A stretch of 20,969 bases of DNA from an uncultured archaeon (lineage in GTDB: Archaea; Altiarchaeota; Altiarchaeia; IMC4; SCGC-AAA252-I15). Below, one piece after another: positions 8,628 through 16,038 of this stretch. The notes under the pieces are model-generated. The model saw only the letters and a program-made list of their open reading frames with translations, ran no database searches and was not told the DNA's origin. The translations under genes and the position numbers were made by a program. Numbering within the stretch: position 1 is the first letter of the stretch; each line of letters begins with the position of its first letter. The stretch spans positions 215,308 to 236,276 of the forward strand of contig CAZPLO010000001.1 of NCBI GenBank assembly GCA_964587725.1, in the 5' to 3' direction.

Positions 8628-10814
8628 TCAGTATTTTTTGAGTATTCTCTTGGGTTTTCGTTTGGGTTTTACGCCTTCGCCTTTGAGGTTGTAGCGGAAG
8701 TCGTCGAGGTATGCCTGGCGTTGGGCGGGGTTCCATGTGCGGACGTTTTCCAGGTGGCCTGTGTCGCGGCTCCACATGCTCACCCGGGGGCTCTTGCAGG
8801 CGGAGCATTTACCTTGGAAGCCTATCGTGACCCTGCCGCATTTGCTGCAGAATGTGAGGTCCCGGGACATGGTAAGGAAGCCGACTCCCTTCCGCCGGAG
8901 CACACGGTTTATGAGTTTGGAGAGGGATTCCACGTCGAATCCGGAGTCGGAAAGCCGGAGGTGCGTTATGGTTCGCCCGTTGACCAACCGGTTCAGCCGG
9001 CCCTCCACACGGAGCTTATGGTTCAACCGCCGGGTGTTCACGTAGTGGGTTTTGCTGTAGTAGGTTGTGTCGCCTCCCTGGGCTACAAACTTGTCCTTGT
9101 ACCTCAACGCGTCCAGTGCCGCGAATCTCGTGTAACAGACTCCCTTCGGCGCGCCGGTGAGTATGATGTCGAGCTCGCTCTCCCCCCTGAAGGTGTCGAC
9201 GGTCTTCATCATCGACTTCAGTATCTTGGATGCGAGTGCGCCGCCGGACTTGGATTTAAGGTCCGACCCCGACTGCTGCTTCACCAGCTCGTTTAAGCCG
9301 GTGTATGAGATGACATACAGTTGCTTGTTGGGGTTGTAGTATCTCACGCCCGCCGCCTTTTGCTTAAGGAACGGGAGCAGGTTGTGGCTGAGGTTCCTGG
9401 ACAGCACCTTCCGCTTCAGCAGAAGAACTTCCAACGACTTCTTCAGTCGGTTCTCCAGGACGTTGAACAAGTCCCTGCCCGGCTTGTATCCGAGTTGCGG
9501 TAGGTTTATGCTCACGTGCTGTGCTGTACCCCTGCGGAAGCCATAGTAGTGTCTGCCCGTGTCTAGGAAATACGGCAGGCCGAACTTGGACGCCAACGCA
9601 GCAGTCTTCTCCATGAGCTCGCCAGACGGTTTGCTTACCATATTCACCTTCAGCTTCGGGTATATGAACGGCTTCCCCAGGCTGTCGCCGTCGAGGCCCA
9701 CATCCAATATCGCGTTGAAGAGTGTTTCAGCCTCCTCGGCGAAGTCAGCATAGGTGTGCCTGGTGGTTCTGCCGTCTGGCTGCACCGCCTTCACATCCCG
9801 CAGGTGTTTCGGCACGGCGGTGTCACAGCAGAGCGTCGCGTAAATCGCCTGCCCCCCCTTCCCCACACCCGTCTGGTATATTTCGTAGAACAGCATCTGC
9901 ACCAGCTGCTTCACCTCTTCCAAATCCAGGCCGCGTATGTATGGTGCGAGAATAAAATTGAAGTCCTCTATGTACTGTTCCCGGGAGCACTCTGTCTGGC
10001 CGGCAATCAACACCTTCAGCGCGTGCATGAACGCGGATGTGGGGTGCTTGGCAGGACTCGCAACCGCGGTGTATTCGCCGGTGCCGTCCACCTTCAAGCC
10101 TTTGCGGAGGAAGAACCGGAGGTCATGTGAGAAGGTGGTGGGGCGGAGGGTGAAGTAGTTGAGGTCGTGTATGTGAATCTGCCCCGACAGGTGGGCGTCC
10201 GCCAGGTCTATGGGAAGGACGTTCATGAGTGCGTATTCGCGGGCTATCTGGTCGCTCATCACCTTATGCACGGCTTCGGGGCTGTACTGCGCTATTTCAC
10301 GGGAGCCCTCCTCCACCAGCTTCCGGACGTCGTACAACGGCATACCCAGTCGTGTGTAGCGGGCGCGGACGGACTCCATCCCGTGCTCCAACAATTTCAC
10401 GTTCACAATCTCCCGTATCAACGGTGCGGTGACGTAGTTCAACCGCATCCTCCCCAGCTCCTTAGCCACCTCCCTGGCAATCCTCTCCGCGAACGACCGG
10501 TCCACCCGAGTCTCCGCCATCAACGAGCCGACTATGCGTTCCTCCTGGAAGTATTCGAGGCTGCTACTGGAGGTCCGCACCTTCAGATTGGAGCGGTAAA
10601 CGTATTGTTCCGCTATCTCAGGGTTTATCTTCTTAAGTTTGATGTAGACTCGCATCCGGATTTCGTCTGTTGTGATGCCGTCGTATCCTTCCGCCTTCAC
10701 CTCCGAAGCAATCTTGGCCGCCAGCTTCAACGGGGCGCCGGCGGACATGCAGGTCTGGATTATCTTGTTGCGGTTGAACCCAACCAGCTGTTTGTTGCTT
10801 TTCTGAACCTTCAT
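8628..10814 (-). CDS. nrdD: Class III (anaerobic) ribonucleotide reductase NrdD homologue with two ATP cones; catalytic motifs degenerate
   Basis: Two ATP-cone-like repeats, TRLGMPLYDV, ADAHLSGQIHIHDL, GDSLGKPFIYPK, SINLP, GLNELV, C-terminal CSKC...CSAC zinc site and SRDTGH at the glycyl-radical loop position. The symbol indicates homology, not proven activity. Confidence 0.85.
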   Translation of the reverse strand: MKVQKSNKQLVGFNRNKIIQTCMSAGAPLKLAAKIASEVKAEGYDGITTDEIRMRVYIKLKKINPEIAEQYVYRSNLKVRTSSSSLEYFQEERIVGSLMAETRVDRSFAERIAREVAKELGRMRLNYVTAPLIREIVNVKLLEHGMESVRARYTRLGMPLYDVRKLVEEGSREIAQYSPEAVHKVMSDQIAREYALMNVLPIDLADAHLSGQIHIHDLNYFTLRPTTFSHDLRFFLRKGLKVDGTGEYTAVASPAKHPTSAFMHALKVLIAGQTECSREQYIEDFNFILAPYIRGLDLEEVKQLVQMLFYEIYQTGVGKGGQAIYATLCCDTAVPKHLRDVKAVQPDGRTTRHTYADFAEEAETLFNAILDVGLDGDSLGKPFIYPKLKVNMVSKPSGELMEKTAALASKFGLPYFLDTGRHYYGFRRGTAQHVSINLPQLGYKPGRDLFNVLENRLKKSLEVLLLKRKVLSRNLSHNLLPFLKQKAAGVRYYNPNKQLYVISYTGLNELVKQQSGSDLKSKSGGALASKILKSMMKTVDTFRGESELDIILTGAPKGVCYTRFAALDALRYKDKFVAQGGDTTYYSKTHYVNTRRLNHKLRVEGRLNRLVNGRTITHLRLSDSGFDVESLSKLINRVLRRKGVGFLTMSRDLTFCSKCGRVTIGFQGKCSACKSPRVSMWSRDTGHLENVRTWNPAQRQAYLDDFRYNLKGEGVKPKRKPKRILKKY

Positions 10815-10937
10815 AACTCACCCTCAACCGAAGAACCAGGGGGGATAACGTATTTGTTCTTGGACGGTAAAAAATGGGTGGTTGTCCACGGTTGGAGTGA
10901 GTGCTTATTAGTATGGACGGGGATAAGATTCAGGTAC

Positions 10938-11540
10938 ATGAGGGCCCACGCTTTGTTGATGGCTGTGCTGCTGTGCGGGTGCGTGCAGCAGACAGGCGAA
11001 ACAACCACCACGTTGGATGACGTGATGGTTTTACCGCCGGACACCTCGACCACGACTACTTCGACCACGACAAGCACCCTTTCCGCTCCGACCACAACAA
11101 CCCACCGCACAGCATCCACAACCCCCACAACCACGTTAAACCCCATCATAGAGACGTTCCAGGACGAAGGGGGGGGAATCTGCAGGGTGGACGGGAAGCC
11201 TGTGGTGCGGATGTACAGCAGAAGCGACTGCGACCACTGCAGGTGGAGCGATCCCATATTCGACCGGGTTGTTGAGGAATACGCCGACAGCGACCTCATT
11301 GTGGCACTGCACTGGGTGTTCGACCTCGAAGACGACAAGCTGACAGACGGTGTGGAGGGGGGCATACCTGACAGTGAATACGATATCTTCTTCGACGACC
11401 GGAACCCCACCAGGACAGTGCCTTATTTCAGCTTCGGATGCAGGTTCACCCGAGTAGGCAACGGCTACCAGCTGAGGAAAAGACCGGATTTGGAGGAACG
11501 GGAGTACCGGGCGGTCATAGAACATCTTCTTAGGGGGTGA
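10938..11540 (+). CDS. Predicted lipoprotein: lipobox, Thr-rich linker and thioredoxin-fold domain
   Basis: MRAHALLMAVLLCGC lipobox, poly-Thr linker, VRMYSRSDCDHCRW (CxxC) and TVPYF (cis-Pro-like). Start ATG 10938 lies within the track ORF 10167..11540. Confidence 0.8.
   Translation: MRAHALLMAVLLCGCVQQTGETTTTLDDVMVLPPDTSTTTTSTTTSTLSAPTTTTHRTASTTPTTTLNPIIETFQDEGGGICRVDGKPVVRMYSRSDCDHCRWSDPIFDRVVEEYADSDLIVALHWVFDLEDDKLTDGVEGGIPDSEYDIFFDDRNPTRTVPYFSFGCRFTRVGNGYQLRKRPDLEEREYRAVIEHLLRG
11001..11135 (+). repeat. Low-complexity ACN-rich tract encoding the Thr/Ser/Pro linker
   Basis: TTTT...TSTTTTSTTTST...PTTTT...STTPTTT. Confidence 0.7.
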
Positions 11541-11658
11541 ATGTGAGGGGCCGCGGATTCTCCGGCACCCGCCGGCCCCGGGTGTTTTACACATCCCATC
11601 CAACTGTCGGTCGCTCTCAGGACGTGTTGGGGGTTGGTTTCCTAGGACAAGGGATGCC
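11541..11658. ncRNA. Candidate structured RNA element or terminator (unclassified)
   Basis: Several complementary pairs in a non-coding gap, including GGGGCCG/CGGCCCC, CGGA/TCCG, CACCC/GGGTG, CATCCC/GGGATG and CCAAC/GTTGG. Confidence 0.3.
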
Positions 11659-11729
11659 TAGAATAAAAAAGGTACGGTAACAAAAGGAAAGCGTAGTTTT
11701 GATAAGCGTTCAGGGGGATTTCTAACCCG

Positions 11730-12935
11730 ATGCTTGAGTACGTCCTGCTCACGGTGGTCGGCTGTCTGCTGGGGGTGGTCACAGGCCTGACTCCGGGACT
11801 GCACGTCAACACCGTCTGCCTGATGGGGTTGGGCCTCTACGAGATGCTCGGGCTCGACCCCGTGGAGTTCGGAGTCGCCATGGTGGCGATGAGCGTCACC
11901 CACACGTTCCTCGACTTCATACCGGCGATATTCCTCGGCGTCCCGGAGGAGAGCACCGCTTTGAGTGTGCTCCCAACCCACAGACTCCTGCTGGAGGGCA
12001 GGGCGTTGGAGGCTGTTAAGCTGACCGCCTACGGCAGCATTCTGGGACTGGCGTTCGCGCTCCTGCTGCTGGCGCCCGCGGCGGTGGCGATACCGGTGGT
12101 GTACCGGGAGATGAGGGGGATTGTCGTCTATGTGGTGGGCGCGGCCGCAACCCTGCTCGTACTCAGGGAGAATGGGTGGATGCGTCGTCTGTGGGCGGCT
12201 GTGATATTCCTGACTGCCGGCACACTGGGGGCGGTGGTGTTGAACATCGACGGGATATCATCCACCCACGTGCTGTTTCCCGTGTTCTCGGGTCTGTTCG
12301 GTTTAAGCGGCATACTGTATTCCATGAAGACAGACCCTGTTAAGGTGCCGCAGCAGGAGTATGCGAGGGTCGCCTTCGACAGGAAACTGGCGGGGCCGGG
12401 GTTGGCGGGGGCGGTCGGAGGCATGTTGGTGGGCGTGCTGCCGGCGATGAGCCCCTCGCAGGTGGGCATTCTCATGTCAGGCCTCTACGGTTCCGGGGTG
12501 CGCAACTTCCTGATAGCCGTCAGCGCCATAAATACCAGCGACGCAGTGTACTCGCTGGCCGCCCTCTATACCATACGGAATCCGCGCAGCGGAGTGGCCA
12601 CCATGCTGGGACGCCTGTTCGAACTCAACCAGCCGACGATGCTGTTGTTCGTCGGCGTATTTGCCCTGACCGCGGCGCTGGCGTACGCGTTGCACATTGC
12701 AGCGGGTAAGATGGCTGTGAAATGGTTCGGGCGCGTGAACTACCGCCTGCTTTCTTCCATAGTGTTTGTTTTCGTGCTGACTCTTGCATATGCGTTCACC
12801 GGAGCAGCAGGGGTTGTGATATGTCTGACGGCAACGTCTGTGGGGCTGCTGCCCATACTGGCGGGAGTGAGCAGAACACACCTCATGGGTGTGTTGATTA
12901 TCCCCACCATGATGTATTTTATTGGACTGGGTTAA
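11730..12935 (+). CDS. TctA-family (tripartite tricarboxylate transporter) permease, archaeal DUF112 type
   Basis: GVVTGLTPGLHVNT, THTFLDFIPAIFLGVP, SVLPTHRLLLEGR, FPVFSGLFG, NPRSG; highly hydrophobic, with an internal repeat GVLPAMSPS. Confidence 0.88.
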   Translation: MLEYVLLTVVGCLLGVVTGLTPGLHVNTVCLMGLGLYEMLGLDPVEFGVAMVAMSVTHTFLDFIPAIFLGVPEESTALSVLPTHRLLLEGRALEAVKLTAYGSILGLAFALLLLAPAAVAIPVVYREMRGIVVYVVGAAATLLVLRENGWMRRLWAAVIFLTAGTLGAVVLNIDGISSTHVLFPVFSGLFGLSGILYSMKTDPVKVPQQEYARVAFDRKLAGPGLAGAVGGMLVGVLPAMSPSQVGILMSGLYGSGVRNFLIAVSAINTSDAVYSLAALYTIRNPRSGVATMLGRLFELNQPTMLLFVGVFALTAALAYALHIAAGKMAVKWFGRVNYRLLSSIVFVFVLTLAYAFTGAAGVVICLTATSVGLLPILAGVSRTHLMGVLIIPTMMYFIGLG

Positions 12936-13104
12936 GGGGGGTGAACTCGCTGCAGGTGCCGGGTATCTGGGATGCAGGCTCGGGGGGGAATCGTTTTCTG
13001 GACATTATCATGCGGTATTTGGTGCAGTAGCATTTCCCGTATACTGTGTTGACGAAGGAGGCATAGATGCAGTCCGGACAGTTTTGGTCGAACCCCTGGC
13101 GCAT
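12919..13104 (-). CDS. Small Cys-rich hypothetical protein (61 aa, possibly metal-binding)
   Basis: CPDC-x12-CYC-x23-C(SEF). Fills the tiaS-tctA gap; ATATTTAC lies about 30 nt upstream. Confidence 0.5.
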   Translation of the reverse strand: MRQGFDQNCPDCIYASFVNTVYGKCYCTKYRMIMSRKRFPPEPASQIPGTCSEFTPLNPVQ

Positions 13105-13161
13105 TTAAGTAAGAACTGGCCTTCACGACGTAAATATGTTTCACTTTCCAGCCGGAAAGGA

Positions 13162-14370
13162 TTAATCCAGGAAACCCGGCCTGCTGAGGTGGCGGCGGGC
13201 CCTCGGCGGCACATCATAGACGCACACATCCAGCTCTCTATCGGCCGGCTTCAGCGACTCCTCAGATGTTTTACCGCACACCCTGCATTTGACGGCCGAG
13301 CCCTTTCCCGCAGAAGTCATCTTCCTGCCGCAGCAGACCGGACGCTCTTTCTCATACGTTTCCGCCAGCGAGTCTACGCGGATTTTCTCCAGGTTCAGTG
13401 TCCCAGCGTATTTTCCTATGCCACCTTGCACGGTAGCCTCGTCGCCCAGGCGGAGACGCCTGACAACGTCTCTGAAGCTGCCGGTCGGCTTGTATGCCGC
13501 GCAGTCAATCGATGAATTATGGTCTGATAGGGTGAAGACTACGTGGCCGCCCTCAATCGTCTTGGGGGGGTTTGAAACCGTGCCGGACACAGTAACGCAG
13601 TCGTACGGCCTTATTTCGTCTATCTTCTTCCGGCGGAGGTGGGCGTCCGTGGCCTGGTTGGTTATGAACAGCTGGGTTGAATCCGCCGGCTCAGAGCACT
13701 CTATCACCCCCCAAGCAGACGCCAACACTTCAGGCCCCACCCCCCTTATGCCGCAGAGGACAGGGTCGTTTCCGCGGGGGGTGACGAGAACCTGATTGGT
13801 TTCCCTGTCCACGCTGTCGAATACCCGGGGGAAAAACCGTTCATCCATTCTGAACACGGAGTCTGCATTGACCCGGCGCGGCCTGCCGCAGTTTCGTGGA
13901 TTACGGTATGCTATCAACTCATATGTTACGTCTCCTGTGAAGCCTATCGCAGCCAACGCGCCGATGACGCCGCGACCATTCTTGAACTTGTGGACGCGCG
14001 CACCAACGCCGGCTGCAACGCGTTCAGCCTCCTCCAAGGACACAAGCTCAGACACAGCACGTCGATAGAAGTCCTCAACCTCTGGAGTCACGCGGTCGGA
14101 GTCAAATAATACGACGCCAGGGTTTGTGTTGTCGTCTCCCAGCATAGCGTATTTCTTGACGTACGACAACACTGTTTCTTCAACTCTTTCGGCGTCGCCT
14201 TCGGTTTCGAACGCGACCGCTCCGTTCCCCCTGGTCCGGTATGGTATGTTGGGGTTGAGGCGGATTAACCTGGGGTTTTTAGCGACACCCAGTTTGCTGC
14301 ACAGCTTCGAAGCCAGGTATGTGGTACACATGCCTGACAGGGCGTCTGTGTCGTCTATGCCTACAAACAT
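13162..14370 (-). CDS. tiaS: tRNA(Ile2) 2-agmatinylcytidine synthetase
   Basis: VGIDDTD..GMCTTY, RLIRLNPNIPYRTRGNGA, GRGVIGALAA, DPVLCGIRG, TNQATDAH, OB fold (GGHV...AAYKPT), zinc ribbon and RRHLSRP. Confidence 0.96.
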   Translation of the reverse strand: MFVGIDDTDALSGMCTTYLASKLCSKLGVAKNPRLIRLNPNIPYRTRGNGAVAFETEGDAERVEETVLSYVKKYAMLGDDNTNPGVVLFDSDRVTPEVEDFYRRAVSELVSLEEAERVAAGVGARVHKFKNGRGVIGALAAIGFTGDVTYELIAYRNPRNCGRPRRVNADSVFRMDERFFPRVFDSVDRETNQVLVTPRGNDPVLCGIRGVGPEVLASAWGVIECSEPADSTQLFITNQATDAHLRRKKIDEIRPYDCVTVSGTVSNPPKTIEGGHVVFTLSDHNSSIDCAAYKPTGSFRDVVRRLRLGDEATVQGGIGKYAGTLNLEKIRVDSLAETYEKERPVCCGRKMTSAGKGSAVKCRVCGKTSEESLKPADRELDVCVYDVPPRARRHLSRPGFLD

Positions 14371-14397
14371 TTTAGGTGTAGTATTATGTCCGTACAG

Positions 14398-14405
14398 GTT
14401 TAAAG
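14398..14405 (-). promoter_or_regulatory. Putative TATA box for tiaS
   Basis: TTTAAA about 30 nt upstream of the tiaS ATG (14370). Confidence 0.45.
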
Positions 14406-14456
14406 CGGTGTGACTCCCTTTTGTGAATGCTTTTTCGAATATAAAAACCAGTGTTT

Positions 14457-14603
14457 AAAGTAAGTCACACAAGTAAGTTATGTAAGTCAAATGTCGTGAC
14501 TTATTTGACTTATTTTTTGACTTATTTTTTGGCTTTTTTCAGGATTGTGAAAGGTTTTTAAACAACTAAGTCAATTTACTTAAAAGCTAAGTCATATGAC
14601 TTA
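14457..14603. repeat. Array of TAAGTCA/TGACTTA heptads in direct and inverted orientation (iteron- or operator-like)
   Basis: Exact TAAGTCA at 14461, 14483, 14567, 14588; exact TGACTTA at 14497, 14506, 14518, 14597; one-mismatch copies at 14474 and 14576; perfect 16-bp palindrome TAAGTCATATGACTTA at 14588-14603. Confidence 0.9.
14552..14563 (+). promoter_or_regulatory. Putative BRE/TATA of the AAA+/wHTH gene
   Basis: GAAAGG followed by TTTTTAAA, immediately upstream of two palindromic heptad pairs. Confidence 0.5.
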
Positions 14604-14613
14604 AATTGGCGGA

Positions 14614-15744
14614 ATGGAACGTGAGGAGTACTATAAACGGGTGGGCTGGCGGAAAAGCCCCTTCATCAAATCAACATCCCTTGACATACCAATAATAGAA
14701 CGCGTAGAGGAATACGAGGAGGTCTGCGAATGCATAGGCGGGTGGGACAGGATAATGGTCATAACAGCCCCCATCGGATACGGGAAAACGACATTCATGA
14801 ACCAACTGCTGATAAAAAAACCAAGGGGGATAGAATACGTAGTCGCATTCAACGCCTACGAACCTGTTGAAGAAGTCATGAAACGCATTAGGGGGGCGCT
14901 GCCATTCCTTAAAAGACTGTTCGCCGACGCAGACCGCACGTCTTTCGGTGAAATGATTCAGAGCCGCCTGGGGTCGGACAAGATGCTGCTCATATTCGAC
15001 GAGGCCCAAGACTACGACGAAGACCTGTTCAAGTGGCTGAGAATCCTCAACGACCGCGCAAACAACCTGTTCATGATATTCCTGGGCCTCCCGGGGCTGG
15101 AAGACACGATAACCGCCGAAAGCAGCTTCAGAGACCGTAAGTCAAAGTCTATCAGACTCAGGTCCTTTGAAGTCGAGGACCTTGCAGAAATGGTTAAGGA
15201 GAGAATACAGTGGGCTGGCGGCAGAGACAGCAAACCCTTCACAGAAGACGGACTGAAACGCCTCTGCGAGTCCTGCAACCACGTCCCACGACAGCTGCTA
15301 GAAAACGGGCAGCGTGTTATCGAGGCAGCAGCCAAGGAGGATTTGGACTCGATAGAGGGAGGGTTTGTTGAGCGCAGCCTGGGCGAGATACGCTCAAACG
15401 ACGTGAGAACATCAGAAACAGTGTTTTCAGAGGATTCGGAGAGGAAGAAGGTGTCTTATGACTTTATCGACGACCTCTCACCCACCCAGCAGGATATCGT
15501 GAAACTGCTGCTCACCCACGAGTCGCTGAGCATATCGGAGATTGGGGAGGAACTTGGAAAGGACATAAGGAGTGTGGGATCGTTGATACGGAAGCTCCGA
15601 GGCCTCAACAAACGGGAGGTCGAGAGAAAGCCGGACGTCCCCTATCCAGTGGTTGTCAGACTCGGGAAAGAGGCGCGTATGGGGCGTCTACAGTACGTTT
15701 ACAGCCTTTCCGACAACGCTAGGCGCATTCTCGCGAGAGATTAA
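14614..15744 (+). CDS. AAA+ ATPase (ExeA/AAA_22-like) fused to a C-terminal winged helix-turn-helix
   Basis: YYKRVGWRKSPF N-terminus, Walker A APIGYGKTT, Walker B LLIFDEAQD, arginine-finger region SFRDR, PFTEDGL...VPRQLL sensor II, then LSPTQQDIVKLL..LSISEIGEELGKDIRSVGSLIRKL...YVYSLS wHTH. Confidence 0.9.
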   Translation: MEREEYYKRVGWRKSPFIKSTSLDIPIIERVEEYEEVCECIGGWDRIMVITAPIGYGKTTFMNQLLIKKPRGIEYVVAFNAYEPVEEVMKRIRGALPFLKRLFADADRTSFGEMIQSRLGSDKMLLIFDEAQDYDEDLFKWLRILNDRANNLFMIFLGLPGLEDTITAESSFRDRKSKSIRLRSFEVEDLAEMVKERIQWAGGRDSKPFTEDGLKRLCESCNHVPRQLLENGQRVIEAAAKEDLDSIEGGFVERSLGEIRSNDVRTSETVFSEDSERKKVSYDFIDDLSPTQQDIVKLLLTHESLSISEIGEELGKDIRSVGSLIRKLRGLNKREVERKPDVPYPVVVRLGKEARMGRLQYVYSLSDNARRILARD

Positions 15745-15799
15745 AGTATGTCAGAAAAAACGTCTGAAACCGCCGTATGATGAACTCTCACATACCCGA

Positions 15800-15870
15800 C
15801 AAATTTATTGCTTGTTTATATTCTTTGAGATATATTATATATATGTTTAAATAACTCTGTGATATATTAT
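15800..15870. other. Very AT-rich tract (promoter of the RHH gene and/or DNA-unwinding element)
   Basis: AAATTTATTGCTTGTTTATATTCTTTGAGATATATTATATATATGTTTAAATAAC...GATATATTAT, in an otherwise GC-rich window. Confidence 0.6.
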
Positions 15871-16030
15871 GAGTAAGCGCATCTTGGTGACGTTGACGGA
15901 TGAACAGTATGAAAGACTGAAGGAATCACCCGCCCTGGGTGAAAGCGACGCCGAAAAACTCCGCAACAGCTTCCTCATATACGATAATTTGAAGGACCTC
16001 CTGGAAGTCATAAAGACCATGCGCAGATAG
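15869..16030 (+). CDS. Small ribbon-helix-helix (CopG-like) DNA-binding protein, 53 aa
   Basis: Below the ORF track cut-off. Hand translation: MSKRILVTLTDEQYERLKESPALGESDAEKLRNSFLIYDNLKDLLEVIKTMRR. Shows the alternating beta strand (KRILVTL), helix A, a G-x-S turn and helix B; TATA-like sequence upstream. Confidence 0.8.
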   Translation: MSKRILVTLTDEQYERLKESPALGESDAEKLRNSFLIYDNLKDLLEVIKTMRR

Positions 16031-16038
16031 AAAGTAAG

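Noticed and set aside
8626-8808. 61-aa N-terminal extension of the Nre ORF
   Set aside because: Overlaps the nrdD-like 3' end in another frame and is Pro/Arg-rich without motifs; Nre similarity starts after ATG 8625.
8628-10814. nrdD as a decayed pseudogene
   Set aside because: No stops or frameshifts over 728 codons; structural motifs are retained while the changes concentrate at catalytic positions.
10167-10937. Long N-terminal part of the 457-aa ORF, suggesting a fusion
   Set aside because: Mostly antisense to the nrdD-like gene; the lipoprotein signal begins at ATG 10938.
11541-11660. 5S rRNA, tRNA, TPP riboswitch, hammerhead or H/ACA RNA
   Set aside because: No 5S loop-C or tRNA T-loop consensus. 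Minus-strand CTGAGA lacks the rest of the TPP core and is not CUGANGA. The hairpin before ACA is too short for H/ACA.
12932-13144. 70-aa minus-strand ORF
   Set aside because: No recognisable features; competes with the 61-aa Cys-patterned frame. Not fully excluded.
14457-14603. CRISPR array or canonical ORB elements
   Set aside because: Units are 7 bp, irregularly spaced and in both orientations, with no spacers or cas genes; no ORB consensus or G-string.
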